This document shows, in pieces, positions 34,228-42,762 of a stretch of 64,000 nt of DNA. The notes below the pieces were generated by a model. It ran no database searches, was not told where the DNA came from, and saw only the letters and a list, made by a program, of their open reading frames with translations. The translations under genes were made by a program, and so were the position numbers. The stretch's first letter is position 1; each line of letters opens with the position of its first letter. This DNA comes from Alphaproteobacteria bacterium. Lineage in GTDB: Bacteria; Pseudomonadota; Alphaproteobacteria; Rs-D84. Location: positions 9,490 through 73,489 of the forward strand of contig JAFRSV010000014.1 of NCBI GenBank assembly GCA_017427405.1, read 5' to 3'.

Positions 34228-35808
34228 TCAGACGAATTTTTCCGGAATAATTTTTGCAATTGTTTTAAATGTGCGTCTAAAAATTGTCGTGTCGGGGTCG
34301 TGGTGATAAATTTTTGGGGTGTTATTACCGCTCCGAATTCCCATCCAAGTTGTGCGACCATCTTCAATCGTCACATGCCACGATGTTTTTGTATCGTCAA
34401 TAATCATATTGCGCAGTTTTTCCGCGAATTCCGCGCTTTCAAAGATTGCAACATTTTCGGTGTTGTAATACGCACTGCGCGGGTCAAGGTTGAAACTGCC
34501 TATCCATGAGATTTTGTCGTCGAACACGATTGTCTTGCTGTGCATGACGGAAAAACTTGATTGCTTGCGCATGCGGTCATGCCGTTTCCCGCGCCGATTT
34601 TCCGCCGAAGACATAAATTCGTAAACATCGACCCCGTCGCGAATAAGTTTGCGTCTATATTTTTCCCATTTGCCGAAAACGGTTGGCGCGTTCGTTGATG
34701 AAAGTGAATTCGTGACGATTGTGACATGCACGCCGGATTGTTCAATGTGTCGCATCATTTGCATTCCGCCACGCCCGGGAACAAAGTATGCGGCGGACAC
34801 ATAGGCGGACTTTTTTGTTGCGTTCCAAAGTTTATTCAATGTTCGCATAATTTGTCCGGTGTATTTTTCTTTTCGTGACATTGGCATTTGCACCTTGGCG
34901 GGCGCATCGGCAAGGAATTGCCCGCGACCCCACGAAAAATCAAAATTCTTGCGCCCGTATTCCCGCATAACCAGTGAAATGATGGTGTTATATCGTCTAA
35001 GGTTCCGCGTCCCTATTTGTTCTTGGCGCCGAAATTGTCGATTTAATTTTTGCATTGCGCGCGCGGAACATGCCTTTGGAATAACACCCGCCGGCACCGA
35101 CAATTCATAGTTCCAATATTCATTAAAACTTTTTGTTGCGTCATGCGTGATGTTTCCAATAAATAAAACATCAGTATCGGAAAAATTCGCCGCGGTTTCA
35201 GGCATGAAATAATTACTGCCTATGTTTCGGCCGCCGGTAATCAGCGCAACATTATCCACAATAAAAAGTTTATTATGCATGCGCGAATTTAACCGATTAA
35301 AATCCAACAGCATTTGCGGATAATACAGCAACCGCGACCGATGCTTTACGGCATTAAAAATTTTCACTTCGATATTCGGATGTTGGTTCAGCACGATAAC
35401 ATCGGCGATATCAGAATTTGTTCCATAATCGTCAATAAGGATTCGCACCTTTACCCCCCTATCGGCGGCGTTTTTAAGTTCGCTTATTAAAACATGTGCG
35501 GAAAAATCGTTGCTATATATATAGGTTTGCAAATCGATTGTTTTTGTCGCCATGCGCGCGAACGCGGCGCGAATGATAAATGCGGACAGCCCATCGTCAA
35601 TCAGTGTTGCGCCACTAACATTCGGCGCACCGCAAAGTTCTTTTTTATAAACCTTGGCGATTGGTGTTGCGATTGGATTATATTCAAAATCTTTTTCGGT
35701 GATTTTGGGTTCATAGTTTCGCAACCGTTTGTCCTTCATACTGGTTGGAATTGCGCAACCGAAAAAAGAAAACCGGGTCCACGGCAAAAATTTTTTTGTT
35801 TTTGTCAT
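34228..35808 (-). CDS. Phospholipase D / cardiolipin-synthase superfamily protein with two HKD motifs
   Basis: 526 aa. First HKD is MHNKLFIVDNVALITGGRNIG and the second is MHSKTIVFDDKISWIGSFNLDPRS. Confidence 0.8.
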   Translation of the reverse strand: MTKTKKFLPWTRFSFFGCAIPTSMKDKRLRNYEPKITEKDFEYNPIATPIAKVYKKELCGAPNVSGATLIDDGLSAFIIRAAFARMATKTIDLQTYIYSNDFSAHVLISELKNAADRGVKVRILIDDYGTNSDIADVIVLNQHPNIEVKIFNAVKHRSRLLYYPQMLLDFNRLNSRMHNKLFIVDNVALITGGRNIGSNYFMPETAANFSDTDVLFIGNITHDATKSFNEYWNYELSVPAGVIPKACSARAMQKLNRQFRRQEQIGTRNLRRYNTIISLVMREYGRKNFDFSWGRGQFLADAPAKVQMPMSRKEKYTGQIMRTLNKLWNATKKSAYVSAAYFVPGRGGMQMMRHIEQSGVHVTIVTNSLSSTNAPTVFGKWEKYRRKLIRDGVDVYEFMSSAENRRGKRHDRMRKQSSFSVMHSKTIVFDDKISWIGSFNLDPRSAYYNTENVAIFESAEFAEKLRNMIIDDTKTSWHVTIEDGRTTWMGIRSGNNTPKIYHHDPDTTIFRRTFKTIAKIIPEKFV

Positions 35809-35962
35809 AACCGCATTATATCAATTTGCATGTTTGCCCGCAAGTTAAAACACCAAAAGATATTATTCATAAAAAGATTTTTTTAGAACACGTACTCATT
35901 TTTCGCTTGCGTTAAAATTCTATAAAATGATAAACTTTTCGTAAAGGAAGGAAATTTTTACC

Positions 35963-38900
35963 ATGAAACGACTTGCTATATTTATTGGTGGACTGCTTGT
36001 AATGCCCGCATTTGCTGAGGTTGCACCCGTTTTCATCGACGAAAACGATGCGATTGAATATGCGGACGGCATGTACGATGAAAACGGTTTTTTTGTCGCG
36101 CCCGAGGAAATTGTTGAAACGGAAACCGAAGCGGACACGCAAAAAGTGCAGACGCCGGTAAAAATTTCGCGCGCACCCGTGAACGCAACACCGGTCGCGA
36201 ACCGAACGACCACAACGCGTGCAATGCCCGCATCGGCGGGCGCGACGACGGCGTCGGGTCGCGGGTCGGCAAATGGAAATTCATCGCGTGTTGTTGCGGC
36301 ACGAACAACAACCGCAACGCCACGCGCAACCGCATCGCGTACGGTCGCATCACGTGGAACGACGGCCACATCACCGCGTGCGGGCGCGACATCAACACGA
36401 ACCGCAACATCAACGGCGGCAACCCGCGCGGCGGCGGCAAGGACAACCGGCGGCGCAACACGTGCAACATCGGCGGCCACGGGTGCAACCGTTGCGCGGA
36501 CGGCGACATCTACTGGACGGACGACCGCGGCACGCACCGCGACGGCAACAACCGCGCGTGCGGCAACGGCATCGGGGCGTTTGTCGGTGGATCCAAATCG
36601 TAATGTTGGTACGGCACTAAAAAATGCGACTATTACTGCGGCAAATGGTACGGTCACATTGAATGATTCGGGTGGTACGCTTTACAACAAATCTGCATCA
36701 ATTCGTCGGACGCCAACAATTCGTATGTCATCATTGAACGGAATATCGGCGGAAACGACGGCGGTTTCCACCATGTCATTGGAAGATATGGACGACCTGG
36801 CGGAACTTACGGATTATTGCAAGGCGCAGTATGCAAACTGTATGGATAATTATTGCAATGTCTTGGATGATAACCAGGGCCGGTGCAGTTGCAGTGCGAA
36901 TTTGAAAAATTATGCGCGGGCCGAGGCGGCATTAAAAACCGCGACCGAAGAATTACAAGATGTCGCGCAAAAAATCCAATACATCGGCCTTACCACGCGT
37001 GAGGTTGAAACCCTGTTCACGGAAACGATTGCCGAAGAAACAATGCGCACCAAGGGTACGGACACCAGCCAACTTCAGGCGAGTTTGAACAAGATAAAAG
37101 ATATGATTATCGATGTGAAATCCGGCACCGCCACCAGCAGCGCCAGCAACGATATCCTGGGGTTAAACTTTGACCTTTCGGGGTTGCTTGAATTTTCCTT
37201 TGACAGCACCGGTTTCGACCTGGGCTCGCTCTTTGGCACCACAAACACGAACAGTGTTAGCAATCAACGCGGCGAAGAACTTTATAAAACCGCGGCGGCG
37301 CGTTGCAAATCATCGGTGTTAAAGGCATGCACGGCGCGCGGTGTTGACGCGTCACTTGTCACGAACGCGTACGATTTGGAAATCGACCGCGAATGCATGG
37401 CATATGAACGCAGTTTGAATGATTCTAACGACCAAATGTTGGCGACGGTTCGGAACGCGAAAAACGTTTTGCAAAAGGCGCGCCTTATGGTTGCGCAACA
37501 AAAGAACGCATACGACATGCGCGGTTGTATAAATGCGTTGGATGCCTGTATGCAGGATGAATTTGTCTGTGGTTCGGATTATGAAAATTGCCTTGACCCG
37601 ACGGGCCGTTATATCGTGAACGGTGAAATCGTGGTGGGCAGCCAACCCGGCCATGCCATCGACCCGGAAAGCCAATCGCGTGTGGCAAGTGTGATGACCA
37701 GTGACGTTTGCCGTGTGAACCTCTATCGGACATGGGATATGCCGGGTGAAACATGCCGTGCGCATAGTGGTAGTCCCGCGGCGAATTATGAATCTTATCC
37801 AACTGATTATCAGGGCAACGCCTGGGGCAGTGGCACCGAAGACACATTGTCGAAATACATTGAAAAAACTGTGATCGGTAATTACCCGGCCAAGACCAGT
37901 GAAAATATGTCACTGTATCTGCAAAACAAAATTGGGTATAATCAAAAAGACCGCAATTATGGTATGTGCATGTCGGTCCTTAACAAGTGCCAGGATTACA
38001 CATACACCCGCGGCACTGGCACATCCGCACAATACGAACCCGCGAACCAGGTTGTTCAACAATACCTTGCGCGCGTTTTGGTTCAGATCAAGGCGAAACA
38101 GGATGAAATCTTGGCCAACTATGCCGAAACATGCGTTAGTGACGTCACATCGTGCCTGGGGCAGAACGGTTATCCAACCGAAGATCCATCCGAATGGGAT
38201 TACAGTTCCACATATGGATACAGCACGTATACAACAAAAATGAATATCGCGGTCAACGCGTGCCGTGCACAAATCGTCACATGTATGTCGGTGAACGGAT
38301 ATTCAATCGAGACACCAACACCAACGGAAATGAATTGTTGGGTTCAGGGATTGTTATATAGTACATCCACAGACAAATGTATGCCTAATAACCTTAAACA
38401 AGATTGTGCCGATGGCCAAAAACTATGCAATGGGGAGTGCATAGATGAGAGTGAAATTTGCGAACAGCCGGTTCAGCAATATTATGTATCGTTGGAGTGT
38501 GGAAATGGGTGTAATGGGTCGAAAACCGTAAACGGTACTTTCGACCAAGGTTCGTCTGTCACTGTGCCATCGTGTGGCACAATTCAAAAACCGAATGTGA
38601 CGTGGACTTGTTCGGTTCCGTCCGGTTTAAGCATCAGTGGCGGAGCAACCATAACCGTGACAAACAAGATAACATGTTCCGCAACGTGTGACAGCAATCC
38701 TACGCCACCAACGCCCCAAGAATATGTGGTAAATATAAATTGCGGTTCTAACGGACAGTTTGTTTCAAAAACTGGTACTACCCCAGGTGGTAACGATTGT
38801 TCTTCCACGCAGTGTGGTACAGTAACGTTTACAGACGATTGCATAAATTTAAACGAGTATTGCAGCATAGATGGGGGGGAACAGCAGTATCAATGGAATT

Positions 38901-40300
38901 GTGCTGACTCTATAATTCTTGGGAATAATATTCAAACACAATATTGCCCCGCTGCTGCTTCGACATCGTGCGTCTTAACTTGGAAGGGGGGGCATGGCAG
39001 TTCTAATCCTGAATGGGTGACGGTTAACTTTAATTATGGAACCGCGACCGGCGTGACACCTGCGAATCCATCAAAGTTATATGTTGATGCCACACACCAG
39101 GCCTGCTACGATGCTTATGATACCACCGCAACTGTCGGTGGGGAAAAATGCCCGGCAAATATCGTGTATAACATTACTGTCCCATCTGCAACGGGGGTGG
39201 TATTTGATGGTTTTTATAATGGCAAAACTGAATACATTAATGAAAACGGCGTGATACAAAACGCGTTTTACAACATTGATGGCAATATCACCCTTACCGC
39301 ACATTGGAAATCCCCCGCCGCGGGTGGCATGCGTTATGTGCAAATAGAGGATAATGGTGGTGCGCGCACCAAACAAACCCGTGGAAATTCATGGGAACTT
39401 AAGACCGTATGGATTGACACCGACGGCAGTACGTGCCAGTATCCTGGTGTTTATATTGCCGACCCAAATACCAATATGGTTGTGTGCACTTCACCCGTGG
39501 ACACCATTGGTTGGTGGGTTAAACCCGGCAGTCGCAGTTCCGGTTTTTACATCGATGTCAATGGCGAAAAGGTTTTGTTCGCGCGTGAATGGGGTGAAAT
39601 TGTCACGGAAAACATTAGCAAATTTGCCGCGACCGACCCGGATACGACACTTGTTGCAACACCCACGGTATATGATACCAACGTTGGATATGTTTCGTTT
39701 GATGAAGAAAACAAAACTTGGACGGATACTTATTCAACTTCTCAGGTTGATCAGTACGCCTACCTTCACAACAAGTTTAATATAGATTTCTATCCAAATC
39801 GTCCAACCAGTAGTGGTTCACTACTACCATTAAGTTATACATACATCGAAGGTGACGGATATTATAAACAACCAGTTGGAATGAAAGTTACCGCCGCCCC
39901 AGTATTCGAAGAAAACGAAACAGGCTATACTTTCCGTGGATTTTATCCGGGGCCATTACCCGCGGTATCGAGCAATAGTTCAACCGGAATGGTTTGGCCG
40001 GCCACCACGGGCGGGATGAGTCCGGTGCCGTTATTAAATACAAAATGGGTTCTTGTGACGGATAATCCGGATTTCCAAACTTTGAACCTGTATGCCGCCT
40101 GGGCCAAGAATTGCCCAAGCCCACTTCCCGCCGGGATGAAAAAATGTAATTTGACAATCGGTACGAATGGTTCGGTCACATATGCCGTTGAATGTCAGGA
40201 TGGATATGAAATCCAAGGCGCGGGCGCCGATGCAAAATGCATAATCCCAGGCAGTAATTGGCGTTCCGTGATATTTGATGGTGCAACGGTCGCGTATTAG
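35963..40300 (+). CDS. Large secreted Cys-rich surface protein (1445 aa) with A/T/R low-complexity tract and InlB-B-repeat-like modules
   Basis: Signal peptide MKRLAIFIGGLLVMPAFA/EV. An ~140-aa tract built almost only of A, T, R, S and G (36185-36608). Cys-rich helical region starting CKAQYANCMDNYCNVLDDNQGRCSCS. C-terminal modules of the type GxxFxGFY...LxAxW. Confidence 0.8.
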   Translation: MKRLAIFIGGLLVMPAFAEVAPVFIDENDAIEYADGMYDENGFFVAPEEIVETETEADTQKVQTPVKISRAPVNATPVANRTTTTRAMPASAGATTASGRGSANGNSSRVVAARTTTATPRATASRTVASRGTTATSPRAGATSTRTATSTAATRAAAARTTGGATRATSAATGATVARTATSTGRTTAARTATATTARAATASGRLSVDPNRNVGTALKNATITAANGTVTLNDSGGTLYNKSASIRRTPTIRMSSLNGISAETTAVSTMSLEDMDDLAELTDYCKAQYANCMDNYCNVLDDNQGRCSCSANLKNYARAEAALKTATEELQDVAQKIQYIGLTTREVETLFTETIAEETMRTKGTDTSQLQASLNKIKDMIIDVKSGTATSSASNDILGLNFDLSGLLEFSFDSTGFDLGSLFGTTNTNSVSNQRGEELYKTAAARCKSSVLKACTARGVDASLVTNAYDLEIDRECMAYERSLNDSNDQMLATVRNAKNVLQKARLMVAQQKNAYDMRGCINALDACMQDEFVCGSDYENCLDPTGRYIVNGEIVVGSQPGHAIDPESQSRVASVMTSDVCRVNLYRTWDMPGETCRAHSGSPAANYESYPTDYQGNAWGSGTEDTLSKYIEKTVIGNYPAKTSENMSLYLQNKIGYNQKDRNYGMCMSVLNKCQDYTYTRGTGTSAQYEPANQVVQQYLARVLVQIKAKQDEILANYAETCVSDVTSCLGQNGYPTEDPSEWDYSSTYGYSTYTTKMNIAVNACRAQIVTCMSVNGYSIETPTPTEMNCWVQGLLYSTSTDKCMPNNLKQDCADGQKLCNGECIDESEICEQPVQQYYVSLECGNGCNGSKTVNGTFDQGSSVTVPSCGTIQKPNVTWTCSVPSGLSISGGATITVTNKITCSATCDSNPTPPTPQEYVVNINCGSNGQFVSKTGTTPGGNDCSSTQCGTVTFTDDCINLNEYCSIDGGEQQYQWNCADSIILGNNIQTQYCPAAASTSCVLTWKGGHGSSNPEWVTVNFNYGTATGVTPANPSKLYVDATHQACYDAYDTTATVGGEKCPANIVYNITVPSATGVVFDGFYNGKTEYINENGVIQNAFYNIDGNITLTAHWKSPAAGGMRYVQIEDNGGARTKQTRGNSWELKTVWIDTDGSTCQYPGVYIADPNTNMVVCTSPVDTIGWWVKPGSRSSGFYIDVNGEKVLFAREWGEIVTENISKFAATDPDTTLVATPTVYDTNVGYVSFDEENKTWTDTYSTSQVDQYAYLHNKFNIDFYPNRPTSSGSLLPLSYTYIEGDGYYKQPVGMKVTAAPVFEENETGYTFRGFYPGPLPAVSSNSSTGMVWPATTGGMSPVPLLNTKWVLVTDNPDFQTLNLYAAWAKNCPSPLPAGMKKCNLTIGTNGSVTYAVECQDGYEIQGAGADAKCIIPGSNWRSVIFDGATVAY

Positions 40301-40311
40301 TCCCGGCGCCA

Positions 40312-40468
40312 CCACCGTCATCCCGGCGCAGGCCGGGATCCGGTGGCCTCGGTCGTGAAGACAAGACCCCGCGTGAAATCGCCCACGCAAAACTTTGTTT
40401 TGCGCGGAGCCCGATACCGCGGGGTGACGGAAAAGGAATGATGGGATACCGCCCTGTGGCGGTATGAC
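40312..40468. repeat. REP doublet (GTCATNCC-hairpin units in inverted orientation) with an internal long-range stem
   Basis: gtcatcccggcgcaggccgggatc (40318-40341, +) and gataccgccctgtggcggtatgac (40445-40468, inverted). Between them accccgcg...cgcggggt (40366-40425) encloses cgcaaaac-ttt-gttttgcg. Confidence 0.6.
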
Positions 40469-40491
40469 GAATAAAAAAAAGGAAACATACG

Positions 40492-42324
40492 ATGAAACGT
40501 TTTTTGACATGTGCGTTGTGTTTTGTATCATTGCCGGCAATCGCCGTCACCCTTTATTACGAACAGGATGGCGCATGCCCGGGATTATACAGCAGCCAAC
40601 CTTTGGGGGGGTGTGGCGCATCCACTGTTGCGAAACTTAACGTGATACCGATAAATGGTACCGTTTTTAATGGTTTCTTTATTAATGGTCAAAAAGTCGT
40701 TAATGCCGACGGGACTTTTACGAACAATGCCTTGGACATACTGCGTGGCGCGGATTTGACATCTGGTGCCGAAATTCCACAAACATATACTTGTTCAAAT
40801 GGTGTAACCGAAACTGGTTATGGTGAATGTCAATCGGGTACCCCTTTGGTCACCGTTAAACTTGATACCCGTGGGGGCAGTATGGCCGCCCCAACACAGG
40901 TAAAGGTTGCGCATGGTGGAACCTTGACCGCATATGCCCCCGACCGCAGCAGTTTCGACGGCGCAATATTTGTTGGTTGGGCTAAATCAGGTCAACCAGA
41001 TTCATCCGCGGCAAAAAACGCGGTGGTTAACGATACAGTTGGTACAACGGTGACATACCGTGCGGTATATTCTTGCCCGGATGGTTATTACATGAATCAA
41101 TACAATGTTTGTGTATCCGATGGTGACGATTATTTTGATCGATATGGGAACGATGTCCCCGCGGGAAATCTGCAATGTTGGCGTCCAACCGGTCCAAACG
41201 GCACCTATCAAAATTATTGTCATTGGAATGTCAAAATCACATTTCACAATAATAACCAAGGTTTTAGTTTAACATCTGGGACACAAAATGACGGTATGGT
41301 GCTGACGTGCTATGGGGGACGTGGATGTGGTAAAAATAGTTTGTGTGCAAGTAACAACTCTAGTGAAACCTGTACGCATCTTTATCAACCAAAAGCGAAT
41401 GATTATTGGTTTAGGGGGTATTTTAGACTTAATGACAAAGAAGTCCAAAATCCAAGCATAGTAATTGTTGAAGAAAACAACGACAGGGCCGCGTACAATA
41501 ATTTTTATCCAAAGACAATGATGGGTAATACAATGAGTATTACAGGACATGCGGTCGTCGCAATGTCTGATAGTATAGTAGAATTGGATTGTCGACCTTT
41601 TGGACCGGGAACAACGGGTAACTGGATTACCAATCCAGACGGTACCACGTATTGTGATGGTATGGTAACAGATACAAATCAGTTCTCTCTCGACGTTTAC
41701 GGTGGGTGGGCGCATAAATGCGCGCAGAGTACTACACAGAACCCATTTTCTTGTCAAGAGGTAATCGGCACCGCCTATTATGCCAGCGAAGGTTTCTTAA
41801 AGGGGTACGTCAAATATAATACATCTTGCGAGGCCGGATACACCATGACCAGCGGTAATAACACATATTATCCACAGTGTACGAAAGAAAGTGGAACACT
41901 TGATATGACATATAACTTTGTCGATCAGTATGGGCTTGCTGTGAATGGGTGCAATGTATCCGGTACAACATGTGAAGTTCATAATACGTATTATCTCCCA
42001 CATCAAGCGGTTTGTGGTTCAAATAATACGTTAAAGTATCTGGATACATATGCAGGTTTATATACACCTAATCATCCCGTCACATGCAGCAGTAATGTGT
42101 TCGGTAACGAACCTCGCGTTGTAACTGGCTATGTATGCAGGTATTCTTGTGAATTGGGTCAAACGGTACCTAATGGAACCTGTGTCCAGGCCTATCGGTC
42201 CGGGGGTACTGTTAATGGCAACGAATATGTTTCGAATATATACGAAGGTTGTAACGCTATAACATGTCGTTCTGGTTACAAAATAACTTTGACGGGTAAT
42301 GGTATAGAATGTATTCAGCAATAG
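40492..42324 (+). CDS. Secreted Cys-rich protein (610 aa) with InlB-B-repeat-like and C-x-x-G-Y modules
   Basis: Signal peptide MKRFLTCALCFVSLPAIAV. 30 Cys by my count. VKLDTRGGSMAAPTQVKVAHGGTLTAYAPDRSSFDGAIFVGWAKSG resembles the Listeria-Bacteroides repeat. Modules CPDGYYMNQYNVC, CEAGYTMTSGNNTYYPQC and terminal CRSGYKITLTGNGIEC. Confidence 0.8.
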   Translation: MKRFLTCALCFVSLPAIAVTLYYEQDGACPGLYSSQPLGGCGASTVAKLNVIPINGTVFNGFFINGQKVVNADGTFTNNALDILRGADLTSGAEIPQTYTCSNGVTETGYGECQSGTPLVTVKLDTRGGSMAAPTQVKVAHGGTLTAYAPDRSSFDGAIFVGWAKSGQPDSSAAKNAVVNDTVGTTVTYRAVYSCPDGYYMNQYNVCVSDGDDYFDRYGNDVPAGNLQCWRPTGPNGTYQNYCHWNVKITFHNNNQGFSLTSGTQNDGMVLTCYGGRGCGKNSLCASNNSSETCTHLYQPKANDYWFRGYFRLNDKEVQNPSIVIVEENNDRAAYNNFYPKTMMGNTMSITGHAVVAMSDSIVELDCRPFGPGTTGNWITNPDGTTYCDGMVTDTNQFSLDVYGGWAHKCAQSTTQNPFSCQEVIGTAYYASEGFLKGYVKYNTSCEAGYTMTSGNNTYYPQCTKESGTLDMTYNFVDQYGLAVNGCNVSGTTCEVHNTYYLPHQAVCGSNNTLKYLDTYAGLYTPNHPVTCSSNVFGNEPRVVTGYVCRYSCELGQTVPNGTCVQAYRSGGTVNGNEYVSNIYEGCNAITCRSGYKITLTGNGIECIQQ

Positions 42325-42343
42325 TGTATAAACATAAAAAACA

Positions 42344-42373
42344 GGCGCGGTACAAAACCAACGCGCTTTTTTT
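42344..42373 (+). terminator. Probable intrinsic terminator after the 610-aa gene
   Basis: A short gcgcg...cgcgc stem followed by TTTTTTT. The stem is weak and the loop is long. Confidence 0.4.
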
Positions 42374-42377
42374 GCTG

Positions 42378-42447
42378 TCATTCCGCCGAAAGGCGGTATC
42401 TCGTCATCACATTTGAAACCACAAGCCCCCGCGTTTCCGCGGGATGA
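42378..42447. repeat. Second REP doublet (GTCATNCC-hairpin units, inverted pair)
   Basis: gtcattccgccgaaaggcggtatc (42378-42401, +) and cccccgcgtttccgcgggatgac (42426-42447, inverted: GTCATCCCGCGGAAACGCGGG). Confidence 0.6.
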
Positions 42448-42471
42448 CAACGAAACGCCCACTAACCACCA

Positions 42472-42759
42472 TCACGTCTTTGAAACCCGGGCGCGGAATT
42501 CCGCACAGGGACGGAACGAAACAACGCGCCGTGCGGTTACAATCGCCATTTCACCGGTCTTTGGATTGCGGCCAACGCGTGCCGATTTATCCAGAATCTT
42601 GAAAGTGCCGAATCCGGCGAACTTTACTTCTTCACCGTTAATCAGCGATTCGCATATTTCATCGAATATTGAATCAATCAGTTTTCCCGACTGTGCCGCC
42701 GTAAAACCAAAATCATCACGCAATATCGTTGCCAAATCATTTCTTGTTATTGTTGCCAT
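42472..42759 (-). CDS. ihfA: Integration host factor subunit alpha
   Basis: 95 aa. HU/IHF fold signature GFGTFKILDKSARVGRNPKTGEMAIVTARRVVSFRP. Lies immediately downstream of fabH, as in many alphaproteobacteria. Confidence 0.85.
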   Translation of the reverse strand: MATITRNDLATILRDDFGFTAAQSGKLIDSIFDEICESLINGEEVKFAGFGTFKILDKSARVGRNPKTGEMAIVTARRVVSFRPCAEFRARVSKT

Positions 42760-42762
42760 TTT

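Noticed and set aside
35920-36657. 245-aa minus-strand ORF (A/V/R/D-rich) overlapping the start of the 1445-aa gene
   Set aside because: It is the antisense reading of the GC-rich A/T/R low-complexity tract. It has no RBS and an implausible composition. The plus-strand gene has a signal peptide and continues for 4.3 kb.
40034-40550. 168-aa and 124-aa minus-strand ORFs spanning the 1445/610-aa intergenic region (peptides such as RRDDGGGAG, PDPGLRRDD)
   Set aside because: These are read-through translations of the GC-rich REP hairpins. Peptides of this kind are a common artefact of REP elements. The ORFs have no RBS and overlap the end of a strong plus-strand gene.
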